A stretch of DNA of 63,676 nt, filler included, from Licmophora abbreviata (lineage: Eukaryota), in the NCBI GenBank assembly GCA_900291995.1. It is 9 parts of 9 records of this genome, joined end to end, with 100 filler letters (N's around TTAATTAATTAA, not from the genome) between each part and the next. Parts side by side here need not be neighbours in the genome. Positions count along the whole stretch, not along the records: positions 1 to 4,170 come from OLMU01004664.1; positions 4,271 to 23,890 come from OLMU01004665.1; 7 more parts are not named here. The stretch is one strand, 5' to 3'. The translations under genes were made by a program, and so were the position numbers. The notes under the pieces were generated by a model. That model ran no database searches. It had not been told where the DNA came from and saw nothing but the letters and a program-made list of their open reading frames with translations. How positions within the stretch are numbered: the first letter of the stretch is position 1; each line of letters opens with the position of its first letter. Shown one piece after another: positions 1 to 12,211 of the stretch.

Positions 1-1534
1 CCTTGCCTTCAACGTCCACCAAAACTTCCGGCGCCTCCGGAAAGCTGTTGTAGTTCTTGGAGCTCATACCTGCACAGTAGGCACCGCTGCCGTCCATGAT
101 CAGAATATCACCAATCTCAGCTTTCCGTAGAGTTCGTTCGGCGAGATCTTCGGGCTCGCCTGGCTTGGGGGTCATTAGATCTCCACTTTCACAGCAATGT
201 CCGACAACAACAACGTCTTCCGTTTCGGAACCGACGTCTGCACTCTTTCCACTAGCAGGGAACACCGTCATGGGATGAACAGCGCCATAGAGAGACGGGC
301 GGAGCACATCTGTCATGCCTGCATCTAGCTTGAGGAATTGATGTCCGGAGTCGCCTGTTGTGTGTACCTTGTCCTGCACCGACGTCACCAACGCCCCTGC
401 CATTGCGACAAGGTACGTTCCGGGTTCAATCTCCAACTGAAGTTCACGGCCTGTCTCGTCTGCAAACTCTCGAAAGGCGTCCGAGACGGGTTGACCAATC
501 TCCTGTAGGTCGGTTGTTGGTTCCCCGGCATTGCGTCCGACTTTGTAACCCCCGCCGAGGTTGCAGGTCGTGATTGCCGAGAAGAGTTTGCAAAAGGAAA
601 GAGATTTCTTAGCAACCTGCTGCCAGATTTCAGGGTCGCTTCCAGATCCAATGTGGGTGTGAATGCGTTCCACCTCCAGGCCATACTTCTCGACAATCGC
701 CGGAACGGTGCCGTCCTCGATGAGAGTGTACCAAATTCCAAAGGAAGATGAGGGTCCTCCGACGTTCGTCTTGGAGAAGGATGTTGTAGATGATGAAAAA
801 CCACCCGAGCCTACTCCAGGATTAATGCGAATGCCCACTTTCTGTCCCTTTCCAGCGTAGTGTTGACCAAATCGTTCCAGTTGAGACACAGAGCTGTATT
901 GATTCAAATTGTCACGAAAAAACATTAGCATCAAGGAAAGGTTCAGGGTTAATCAAGGATGAAATAGTCAGATAGGTACGCACCATGCATTCAGTTTGAC
1001 CCCCATGTCGACAAGTTCCGCGAAATCGACGGGCAGCTCCTGCGAACTGAGACTGATGTTTTCTGCAGGAATCCCAGAAGCCATGGCGCGTCGAACCTGA
1101 TAAGTTGGAAATAGTGCGTCATGAGTATTGAAACAAACCCCACTGCTTCATCAATGCAACCTCTCGAAAATTCTTACCTCGTACCCAGACGAGGCGTCAA
1201 TATGGATGCCTTTCGAGTGGAAGTACTTGAGGATAGTTCCATTTGGACACGCCTTCATTGCATATCGCACAGTCAGGCCAAAGGCATTGGGGAATGCCAG
1301 ACAAGCGTTGGCAGAATCTTCTAGCTTTCTGAGGGAGTAGGCATACAGAGGACTACCTCCCGCCGTTTCAATGCAAGCCTTCGCACTTTCCGGAGTCAAA
1401 AACTCGGACGCGGCTGGGTTGGCAGCCATGCTTAATGATGGGCTCTCACGAGCAAACGCCGGCGGCACAAACGCCAAAGATTCTCTGCAGCTTGCCATAG
1501 CAAGCATCAAAACAGCGATCGGATTCACCCGCAT
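1..1534 (-). CDS. lysA: Diaminopimelate decarboxylase, plastid-targeted; 3' end runs off the window; introns ~1097-1177 and ~894-983
   Basis: Signal peptide ending SLA-FVP. Spliced product has PLP lysine motif RYAMKAC, then [55 protein letters not shown] and [10 protein letters not shown]. Both GT-AG introns restore the frame. Confidence 0.92.
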
Positions 1535-2036
1535 AGTGGAGGGTGTCGTTATTGATATGAAGCGGGGGTAATTGAGACGAAAGCACGTCTATAGCTCAGT
1601 CTTTGAACGGGATTGTGCAGAGAAGGTTGCGAAAAAGCAGACGACTCTGATTGCTGAGTTGACAGACGCCGAGAGTTCTCGTTTCAAATGTGCGGTTGAT
1701 GCGTTGAGATGCGACTCATGACCAGTCTCAAAAGTACTGCCGGGTTCTGGGTGAGCTCCTTTTCGAATGAATCTACTCGTATTCTCTAGACTAGAACTTC
1801 ACTTACCACTAGCAGCGTATGGTGCTATCCTTCCCATGTCCATGGCGTCTCCGAATCCCACCGAAAAGTATCCACAATCGACCTTCATCCGAGTTGAATT
1901 TGTAATGCAAATCTAACTTAGAAGACAATGCCAAGCAAAGCGTGGTTCCAATATCATGCAATCTTGTCATTTCCCATCGAGATTGCGCTTCCCTTTCAGG
2001 AAAGGATGGCATTGATCTGTACCTCAGTCATATCCC

Positions 2037-3177
2037 TTACACCTTGGTGATAGTCCAGCGGATCTTCCACTCAGCCAATTCTGTCACAGAAAAAGAGTAA
2101 GCGGGTAAGTACAATGGCGGAATTTTCGAGCATCTCTCCATTCGATTCTTCGTCAGCGCAAACGTACCAAGAGGGAAAAGCAAAAGATTGAAAGGAAAGG
2201 GAACATCAAAGCTGAGTGAGTACTGAAAGTAAAATCCGAGAGCAGCAAAGACATAGCTAAGAATTTCGTCGACTGGCGTCTCGTCGTGACTGCCGCCAAT
2301 GAACCCCTTCTCAGTCCCGATTGCATACATGGCTCGGGCCATCATGAGGCCGCCTGATAGTGCCGAGGAGAATGCCGAGATAACCGTTTGGAGATACCAA
2401 GCGATAGAAATAGCAATACTCTTGGTGATCCTATAATGTGTCCAATTGGAAACATTAGGTAATCGTGGTGTAAAGAAAGAATTTATGAGTGATGAATGTC
2501 GACGAACAGATTATAGATCAACCGAGGCAACAACAAACTCACCATCCCAGAACGATAGGAACCCATTTTTTATAATCAGTTGGAATGGCAAGACTGATCG
2601 TAGGAGCAATAAAACGATCGACGGGCATGCGAAGGAAGTCGCTGATCGTCAATGCCAAGGAGATGGTACGGGCAAACTGAATGGTCAGCACGGCAATGAC
2701 GGCGAGCCAGACGCGATAAAGTGACGCGATAGCCTTGTCGACCTTTTCTGGGTTCATTTTCTTCAAAACGAGCTTACTCTTGCGAATCATGTACTCTCGG
2801 TTGGAGACTTGACTGATATCATTCACCCCATCCTTGTCCTTGTCTTCCGTGTCATCCTTCTTGGATTCTTCAACTATGATCGTTGCTTCTTCTGCAAGGT
2901 CACCCATGGCCTCTACAACAGCCTTTCGACCGCCATGTTCAGCTGCCTGGATTGCAGCAAATAGAGTCGGATAAAGACCGCCGAAGAAGCAAAAGATTGC
3001 CCCAGTGACGAAGCGACCGACGTTCTTGGGCAGCTTGGACCAGAGCTGCCACCCCTTGTGCGTCGCCCCGATCACCCATGGCAACAAGAAGGTAAGAAAA
3101 CCCACGACGGGCTTCGCCACGCTCTCTAGGAGCTTCGCGGCCTTGGTGAGCTGAGTTTCGGTCGTCTGTGCCGCCAT
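2037..3177 (-). CDS. Multi-pass membrane protein of unknown function (multi-exon)
   Basis: ORFs 2539-3318 and 2037-2345 have several hydrophobic segments and can be joined by GT-AG introns near 2431-2542 and 2081-2167. Likely start MAAQTT at 3177. Confidence 0.6.
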
Positions 3178-3502
3178 GGTCAAAAAGATAAAAAGATTCG
3201 ATTCGGCCTGAATTTTTCCATCACATTTTTTTTTGGAGGCGCCGTATGGTAACCCGGGAATGAGCATCGCGACGAAATAAAAATAGGCGGCTCTCGCAAC
3301 AGTTTTAAGTTCGACCAACCGAGCTTAACCTGCCAACCTTGATTAGGGTACCGGCACGATGTGGTACCTTGTTCGGAAGCCGTTTCGCCCGCTCTGCCAC
3401 CAGTTAGTGGCATTTAATACCGGTACTCTTACAACATGAAGGACAGTCCTAAAGAGGTCGATCAAATTGAATAAGCGTACTATGATACAGTTTATACAAA
3501 CA

Positions 3503-6500
3503 TTACGATCGTCGACAATATAAGCGAAATTGGTCCGACGACATCGTCGCGATGCGGAGAAGTTCCTCTCGACTGTCGAATTCTTCATTGCACTTAGCTT
3601 TGAGCGTGTTTGTCAGCTGCTGTGCCCACTCCAACTCTTGAAACACTTCTACGAACGCGTGTATTCCTAGGAATGTTGAAAATGATTGTTGCAGGGGAAA
3701 TGTCGATGACGAAACACTCTCGCGAGAGAGCCGTTCGGAAATGAGCTTGTGGGAGAAGACAATCACGTCGTCGATGCATCGGAGGAGGTAACTTTCGTTA
3801 CGTTCTGCTTTGTCCATACAGTCGACAACGTAGCGGGCTGTCTTGACAGCGCATATCAACATTACTTGGTGAAAATTGATACCCACCACGTCCGGGCTGT
3901 TTACTTCTGCGTCGAACAGAAGGGAGAGACAGCGGGGTCGAACAAAACTATTCATGCGAATGCGGAGCTGTCTGCCCTCCGATCCCGATCGGTCCACAGT
4001 GAGCCCATCTGTCGCTTTGTCGTCGGCGAACCGAGACAAATCCAATCGAATCTCTCCAGAGGCAACATCAATCATGAGTCCACACCAAGGAAAGAACGCC
4101 TTGTGGTTCTCACCAGGAATGGAAGCTGTGTCCAGCGCTACCACTTTCCCCGTTGGAGTATGGAACGTCANNNNNNNNNNNNNNNNNNNNNNNNNNNNNN
4201 NNNNNNNNNNNNNNTTAATTAATTAANNNNNNNNNNNNNNNNNNNNNNNNNNNNNNNNNNNNNNNNNNNNGGAGTATGGAACGTCAGTCCGTGGCTCACA
4301 CGTGTCTTGTCGTCATTTATTTGGACGCCAAGCCGCTTGTCACCGTGGGTCATGATGGAAACAAACTGGGCGGACATCGACGGGTCGGTAGTAATGAGGA
4401 GGAAGTCGTCGACCACGCGGAGAAGGAGATGCGAGTGAGATTCGGCTTCCTTGAGAAGTAGCACATCGCCCAGAAGCTCTTTCTCAATGCGCCCGTAGTA
4501 AAAATTGCAGAGTAGACTCGACAGTACACTTCCCTGTGGTATGCCGGCTGTCTGAACAAAGAATCTCTCGCCGTATCTACCCCGCAACACTACAAGATGG
4601 CTTGTGAGATGTTCCTCAAGCAGAGCAACTATCTGATCCTTTTTGGCCAGAGCACACCCAACGCCGTCTATGAAGATTGACCCCCTGCGGTCACGCGCGA
4701 GGTCATGGGAAGCATGGTGGAATTGTCGGAAGGCATCCGGTGGCCCAACGTCACGCAAACGCCTCTTGAAGATTCTCCCCATGCTCCTAAACGGGTACAT
4801 CACGGAACAGTTCTGGATAAGATAGTCGTCTTCAGACAGAACTTCTCTGACGAGCTCCAACATGCGACGCTGGTTGATGCTGTCGTAGCAGTGTTTAATA
4901 TCAACGCTAGCGAAGAAGAGCGGTCGCTCGACCTTGCTACGACGAACCTTACGTAAGAACTCCCGGAGCAGAGGATACGCCTCGTTGACTCCGAATATTC
5001 CGGCGCCGCTTGCCTGAGGGTTCTGCAAGTGCTCAAAGCGAAGTACTTCGAAGGCATTACGGAGAATGGAGTTGGTCGACAATGGTTTAGCGTGAGGGGT
5101 TCCAATGGTCGACTGATCAACAGATCTACTCGGTCGATAACTAGCCGTATCAGCAATAGACAAGAGTGCAAGAGGCCGAACGCCAGTCTTCTTGGGCAAA
5201 AGACGCAGACGCGAAAGTCCCATACTCTGCTTCTTGAGTCGAGCTAGCGCCTCGGTCCTATCGATTTCCCGATACTGCCTCTTGAGTAGTTTTTTGATGG
5301 ACATCGTCCGAAACATTGACCACACGGGACGTCGGTAGTACAGAACTCGCTTCGAGTGCATCTCGCTCTCCGTAATGTAGAAGCAGGATCTTAGCAGCGG
5401 AATCACAAATTTACTGAAGACCCAACGCATGACGATAATTGCCATTTTTGATGCAGACTCATGTTCCGATCGCGACAGCTTTCTCTTTCGCGCGGGGCGG
5501 TTGGTCTTGCTTAAGCCGCTTACGTGGGAGTCGCGGGCCACCAGCCAACGGATATCTGTCACACGAAGCCCTTTGACGAGACGTTTGTTGGGAAGCATCT
5601 CTTGTCTCCGCAGATATACAAAGGTTTTCAATAGCAACGACACGGATGCGAAATTGTGCTCCGAGCCCCAGAACTCCGCCGGAAACGTTCGCCGGAGGAC
5701 GACGCGAAGAAAAGATACCACTCCATCCGGATGGGCATGTGACGCCGACAGTTCCGACAACTCGTGATCTGCCCCGCCCTCTTGGTCCAAACGAGTTAGA
5801 TCTGGTGTTATTGGGGGTCCACTGCCATCCTTCCTCTGGAAGACACTGTCCGGCAGTGGACAGTACCTGTTCAAGAGTCGAGTGTAATCACATTTTGCAT
5901 GTCCTTTCAAAATCTGGTCGCAGAGCGAAACGCCCACCCCACGAATCCGTTTCCAGAAATTCCGCTTCTTATTTTTGCTCAGAGTATGCATGCTAAGTAT
6001 CGATCGAAGCAGCTCAACGGCAGTAGCGCTATTCAATTCGTGGACCGCCGGAAGGCCCACTTTCGGGACGTAGATACTCGAGTAGAACATAGATTGACGT
6101 GAAATGCCAGCATTCGCCTCAAGTTCGCTTCGTCGAGAGGATCTTTTTATCTTTTTGTTTCGAAGTTCTGCACCACCTTCCTCTCGGAAAATCTGTCCAG
6201 GCAAAATGATCGGCTTGGGGTGTAGTGTCGGGCCACACAGCTGCAAGTAGTTGCCTCTGCGATTATGCCAGTCGTCCTCAATGGGCAAAAATATTGTAGT
6301 ACGCAGGAGCAGCATTCGCAAGACGTCATCTCCAACAAGTTCATGCAGGCGATGGCAAAACGTGGACGTCTTGCAAAAGGACACGTTGCTGTTGATTCTG
6401 TGACAAATTACACCTGGGCGCATATTTGGACATGGCTGTACGCGCTGATGAGTCCTCTCGGAAGCAACGACGTACCCGTTGGAAAGAACATTTCTAGTAT

Positions 6501-6849
6501 CTTTTCCCGCAATCCACGGACCACGACGTTGAACCATGGACCAAATGACATCGTCTACGAGGCTGTCCAGCGACTCGCCTCGTTGGACTTTGGTGCACCG
6601 CGACTGTGTTTTGAGTGATTCTGAAGGGCAAAACAAAGAGTTTCTCAGACGCAGGTCGTCCTCGGTGTCCTGAAATTCAGATAGTTCTGGAAGATTGGGC
6701 AAATATTGTCGAATAAAATCGACCAGCGATAGAATCCGAGCGGCTGGGCCCATGACAATCCGAATGGTATCGATGTTCAAGTAGGCCGAATTTTGGGACG
6801 CTGTAATGGCGTCGCGGCGCCGCCGTTTCTTTCCTATTTTCGACGACAT
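3503..6849 (-). CDS. TERT: Telomerase reverse transcriptase, intronless, interrupted only by an assembly spacer
   Basis: TEN/GQ region (NVLSNGY...VGDDVLRMLL...YLQLCG), CP (YTRLLNRYCP), QFP-like (FPAEFWGSEHN), T motif (FYITESEMHSKRVLYYRRPVW), motifs 1/2 (LRLLPKKTGVRPL), A (VDIKHCYDSI), B' (GIPQGSVLSSLLCNFYY), C (LRVVDDFLLIT), E (PWCG) and a C-terminal extension. Confidence 0.96.
4171..4270. other. Artificial 100-nt assembly spacer (N44-TTAATTAATTAA-N44)
   Basis: N runs around an all-frame stop linker. The same spacer occurs eight times. Confidence 0.97.
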
Positions 6850-7242
6850 ACAAATCTCCGAAACACTGCGTTGTTTGGACTATCGATACACTGTCGCCTG
6901 CGTCGTAGTAGCTCTGCTCCGAGAGTATCATGGTCTATACCGTCTGTGAGGGGGATATGGCTTGGGGGCATGATGATGTCGCGCGATGCGAGATGAGAAT
7001 GTCAAAATCGAAATACTGACGGAGGATTGACTGTGAGAGATGATGGCGCGGTTTCTGTGTGGTGTGGTGCGCGCTGCGACCACCCATCTTCTTCGAAATT
7101 TGAAATGTGCATCATCTTTTCTCTTTTCGTCTTTTAAGTCGGCATCATTCGCCAACCACGCTGTGTTGTGTTGCTGCACTGCCCTCAACACTTTGTGCAT
7201 CTACCACAGTTAACCGACCACGCTTCCGAAATACTCGCCGTC

Positions 7243-8588
7243 ATGGCGTCACCCTTTGTCAATGCTTCCGAAACGGGTGAAATTCCGTCGTTCAATGGCG
7301 ACGAAAAGGCCAAAGCAACTGATTTTGCCAACTACTTTTGCAGCTACGCACAGTTGTACCACCAGAAACAGATGCTTGCGGACCACAATCGAATGGCAGC
7401 CTATCATTCAGCCATCATGGGAAACCCTGATGTGTTCAAGGACAAGGTCGTGATGGATGTCGGAACTGGATCTGGTATTCTGGCCGCGTGGGCGGCGCAA
7501 GCGGGGGCGCGTAAGGTCTATGCTAGTAAGTAGAATCACAAGCCGATTATTGCCTTGTAGCCTTACGGCAATACGACACTCAACTTACTCTGCTTAACGT
7601 GTTCATTTTAGTCGAGTACACGGACATGGCCTCGCACGCAGAGAGTGTCATGGCGGCCAACGGCGTCGATAGTATCGTGACCGTGATACAGGGTGCTGTT
7701 GAGGAGATTGAGCTTCCTCTCGAGAAAGACGGGTTGGAACCCGAGCAGGGCGCAAGCTCCACACAAGTAGTCGATATCATTATCTCCGAATGGATGGGTT
7801 ACTTCCTACTGCGGGAAAGTATGTTGGATTCATTGATTCGTGCTCGAGACAAGTTCCTCAAGCCGAAAACAGGTCTCATGTTCCCCTCGCACACGACCAT
7901 GTACCTTGCTCCTGTTGTGGACGAGGAAGAAAGAAAAGCGTCGACTCAGGAGTACTCGAATTCCATGGCTGACTGGCATGAGTTTGCTGAGACGACAAAG
8001 ACTGTGTATGGAGTCGATATGAGTGTCCTCGAAAAGGACTTTGAGCGCGAGCAAAAGGAATACTATGTCCTTTCCAGTCGGTGGTCCGAGTTGCCACCGG
8101 AGGTCGTCTTGGACGAGCCTGTCGTCGTCAAGCACCTCGACATGGTTACGTGCACCATTGAGGATAGCCGTGGTATCCTGGCGGATACTCCTGAAAGTCG
8201 CTTTGCCTTCGAAGTCGACGGCAACAAACTGGCCGGCCCAATAAGTGGATTTGCTGGATGGTTCACCGCCGACTTTATGTCCAGGACGGACTCAGCCAGA
8301 GCCGACGCACCTGCTCTGGAGAACCCTGCATTCTTGAGTACTGGACCGGAGAATGGATACACACATTGGGGACAGCAGGTATTCCACTTGGTATCGAGTA
8401 TTCCGATTATTCGTGGGGAAGTGACTCGAATCGAAGGAACCATCGAGATGGCGAGAACAAAGGAAAACTCCAGGCTCTACAACTGTCGCATATCGTATTC
8501 TTCGTCTAGAAGAAAGTCGGAAGGAGCCGCCGACGGTCATATACTGATGAAGAGTCCAGAGGTCGAGCTTGTGTATCAGATTCCGTGA
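7243..8588 (+). CDS. PRMT10: Type I protein arginine methyltransferase, PRMT10-like; intron 7526-7611
   Basis: YFCSYAQLYHQKQML, VMDVGTGSGILA (motif I), double-E loop IISEWMGYFLLRESM and THW loop. The N-terminal wording resembles plant PRMT10. Confidence 0.85.
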
Positions 8589-8728
8589 TAGATGACAAGC
8601 CTGCAATTGACGCCTAAATCTAAATGTGGGCCACGTAAAATCACCATTTCCTGAACCTACAGTAGCATTATTCCGATGGAAGTTCGAACTTTGTAGCAAG
8701 CTATGATCTTACGACCTACGCTACAAAA

Positions 8729-10236
8729 CTACAGCATCATGGTCCGAAGTGCTCGGCTTCTCTCAAAGAGCGACGACACGACGTGATCCATCTGTTCAAT
8801 AACTTCCAACCCCATCTCCATGGCTCGGTCCTTCTCGGCTTCCTCATAGACTATGAGTTGTCCTTTTCCTTGATCAAGAATGCCGTGAAACTTGCCATCG
8901 AGAATCATCTGAGAAAGCTTCTTCTCCACCGTGTGTAGGGGCATTTCGATGAGTTCGGCAATGTGAGAGATCTCCACGCACGAATAGGGTTCAATGATAC
9001 GAATCAAGTTGCTCTCCAGGAGCTGTTCGTAAAGGATGTGAAGGTGGTGACGGATAAGAAGATCTTCCTGTAGTTCTGTCGGATACCTCTCGGTAACTTT
9101 CTCAAACTCCTTGAGGGACCGTTTGGAGGCTGCCGACGCAATGGCCGACATGGCTTCGATGTCTTTTCCGGCGTACTTGACGCCCTGCCGACCGGAAATC
9201 ATGCCTGAAATGTCAACATCGGAGCGACTGCTCTTGGCGCCTGAGGAACAAAACCACAGCTGTAAGTCATACGCTTCCGCGGCATCATTCACATTCACCA
9301 AGCGCTTGCAATTTGCAACGTACCAATTCCACCCTTAGCACTGAGAGCTAGCGCCTTGGTGAGCGAGTCAAGGATACGACAGAGCATCATGTATTTCAAG
9401 CACGGTACGGCACGTTCGCGATCGTTCATTTGGTCAAGTTGTTCGAATGCTTCCAGAAAATACGAATGCGCGGTATCGTAATCGCCCTCTTCACAATGCA
9501 AGACTCCCGACATGTTGTCAATGGTGGCCTGCAAGGCTGGAGCGACGTAGATGGCATTGGCACACGTTCGACTAGCCGTCAATGCCGCCTTGGCCTTTGG
9601 AGTGTTGCGAAGTCCAAAGTGAATTTTACTTTCAAGCAAATGGGTCTCGACGAGTAGCTGCTTGTCATCCAGCTTCTTCAATTCCACCAGCAAGCGATCA
9701 ATGATCGCCAACGACTGTCCGTACAGGGACTGGTCGAGAAGAATGGCAGCGAGCTTTGCTTCAACCCGCTGTCGGAGAAACGAGCGTTTCTCACGCTGGG
9801 TCCATTCAATGATACTGCGGCAGATTTCGGCTTGCCTATCGAGCTGCGTCGGAGCTAGACGGCAGACAAGATCAAGGACCGCGCGCACAACCTTGGCGCA
9901 CTTGGCCTTGGTGACTTCGGAGAAGAAACGAGACTTTTGCATAAGGGGAACGACCTGTTCGTAGTCGGAAATCTCACAGTAGGCTCTTGTCAAGTCGTAA
10001 ACGGCTCGTTCCTTGAGCGACGTGGCTTTGGGTCCGTAGCGGTCGTCTTCCAAGAGTTCCAAGAGCAGCGGGATGCGGCCAATGGCTGTCTTGGCACTCG
10101 CGTCGTCCATCGTTTCCACGAGATCTGCGATATTCTCCTCCTCGCCATCATCTTCCGAGGTCGCAGTCTCTTGAGCCTTATCCTCCACAGGGTCAACGTC
10201 CATGGCAGCGGGGGAATATTCTTCGGGCGTCGTCAT
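8729..10236 (-). CDS. RPN6: 26S proteasome lid subunit RPN6/PSMD11; intron 9241-9323
   Basis: KAKCAKVVR, EKRSFLRQRVEAKL, ELKKLDDKQLLVE, KAKAALTASRTCANAIY and PCI domain NLIRIIEPYSCVEISHIA...LSQMILDGKFHGILDQG. Confidence 0.95.
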
Positions 10237-10627
10237 GGTCAAATCAGAGTAGCGGCGGCGCGTCTCAACCAAAAATCAATGCATCTCTCGACGGCCTCAG
10301 AATGCGGTCGAACATGTTCAATGAACTAGTCGATCGATTTGACTCATTCGACTTCTTAATGTGCCGAGTCGAGTGAGTCGAGTCAGTGAGTCGAGTATCG
10401 TACGTCCGACGTACCGCTTGTGCGACAAAGACAATAGCACAATGACGAAAGTAAATGCCGCTTCCGTCGCTGTGTTCCACCATTCTCATTGACCGATAAG
10501 CGTTTCATCGCCTGTCCCTGGGGTGAATCCGACAAAGAGTCGACGGAGGCCTTGAGATCTAAAGAAACTGCAAAGAAACAAGAAAATCGGTCGCAACATT
10601 CCTTTCGCTGGATCTAGCTATACAATC

Positions 10628-11676
10628 ATGGCGTCGTCTCGACTAGACAAGATCCTGCAGACTGCTGCTCCCACTACAGACGCTCGATCAGAGCGAATGT
10701 TTGCTGTCGCATTAGGATATCCATTGACATGGCATGTGGTTCGCTTGTCTGACAGGACTGATGTCATCTACGCGGGCAATCCGGCGCGACACAAGAACGT
10801 TGCGCTCTGGTTTCATCACCATGCGGCACGCGAAGCGGCGCAGTCGTGGGACCCAGAGACGTCCTCGCCGTTCGCGGGAGGTCACTTGCTGCCTCGTCAA
10901 CCCAAGTTCCGGAAGAATGAAGCAGTAGAAGTCTTGTACGAAGACGAATGGTACGCTGCGGCCATTGTCAAGAGGAAGGACTATGAAGACGAGTATCGGT
11001 ACGTTCGTGTATGTGGGCATGCCTTGTCGCTGTATGACTACCTCCCAGCAACAGCTAAGCTTTTCATCTTCCATCTCATGTGATTAGGTACACAGTTCTC
11101 TACACGGACGAGGGCACAACGCAGGACGAGATGGAAGAAGACGAGATCCGACCAGCTCCTCCTGACGCCGAAGCAGCCCACTTGGCTTCGACTCTTGGAT
11201 TCCCCAAGGGTTGGAAAGCAACGGCAAAGGGCAAGCGATACACTATCATAAGTCCCGATGGAGTTGAATTTAAAAACAAGAAACCGGCGTTTGCGTACTT
11301 GGAGCAGCTGAGCAGCATGGAAGGAGGCGATCCACCGTGGCGGACTTCTGGACACGAACTCGTGGGGAAACGAGTCGAGTATTGCACCACGCATCGAATG
11401 GGATCCCGCCAGGTCTTTGTCAAGCAGACTGGGACCATCCAGGGCTGGATCTCTGCTTCAGATACGGACAAGGAAGGAGAGCCTGGCTATGTCTCGGAAC
11501 AGACGGGAGAGCCGGCGAATCTATTTCATGTTGTCTTCGATGACGATCCGCACCACGCTTACGCGAAGCTGCTGATCGACTCGCAAGATATGGAAGAAGA
11601 TGAAGTGAATCGATGCCTTATAGTAGGAGGCGAAGGTTCCGAGCCTCCCAGCAAGAGAGCCAAGACGGGGCATTGA
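10628..11676 (+). CDS. Putative chromatin reader: Tudor/Agenet-like plus MBD-like domain; intron 10999-11087
   Basis: FRKNEAVEVLYEDEWYAAAIVK...YTVLYTD...EDEIRP resembles a Tudor fold. FPKGWKA...YTIISPDGVEFKNKKPAFAYL resembles the MBD consensus. C-terminal NLS-like PPSKRAK. Confidence 0.6.
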
Positions 11677-12211
11677 AGAGTTGGTGACACGCACTTTTTG
11701 GATGGGAAATACGCGACCTTGTACTCTTTTCGGAGATTAGACCCAAACGAATTCTAGCTTGTATAGCACTATGTTCGATTCTGTTTTGATTACCTATGTC
11801 GCTTTCCTTGAAGCAGCATCTCTGAACGCCGTCGCTTACTTCGTGATATAAGTGAAAAGCTAGAAGATGGACGGACCACATTGTAATGTTGCGCACACTC
11901 TGGACTGACTCTATCTTTCTACCTGCTCTGTACCACCCCCTTCGTCTCTCCCCTGTCGACGTTCAAACTATTCCCAATAAAAGGTAGTACGGAGTATTTC
12001 GGAACACGGCAGCCTAGACGAAACGCATGCGAGGCCACACGCGCGACCACGCGACTTGCGACGCGAGGTCAATGTGGTCGCATTGATTGCCGTCGGCACA
12101 CCAGCGACTGACTATCTACCTCGGCACTTGATTGATTCGGCTACGCTCGGGGAGCAAGTGTCGGAGAATGCACGACGTTTTGCTCACATCCAATAGAACC
12201 GCCAGCACGCC

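Noticed and set aside
3280..3440. Known RNA families (tRNA-Sec, SRP, RNase P/MRP, U snRNAs, TPP riboswitch, hammerhead) for the structured block behind TERT
   Set aside because: I could not find their diagnostic conserved boxes by eye. The block is left as unclassified.
4215..4226. Repeated palindrome TTAATTAATTAA as a biological repeat or CRISPR-like unit
   Set aside because: It is always centred in N runs, so it is a synthetic all-frame stop linker.
3503..6849. Reverse transcriptase as a retrotransposon, retron or defence RT
   Set aside because: Telomerase-specific T, CP, QFP and GQ motifs are present. There is no endonuclease, integrase, RNase H or LTR.
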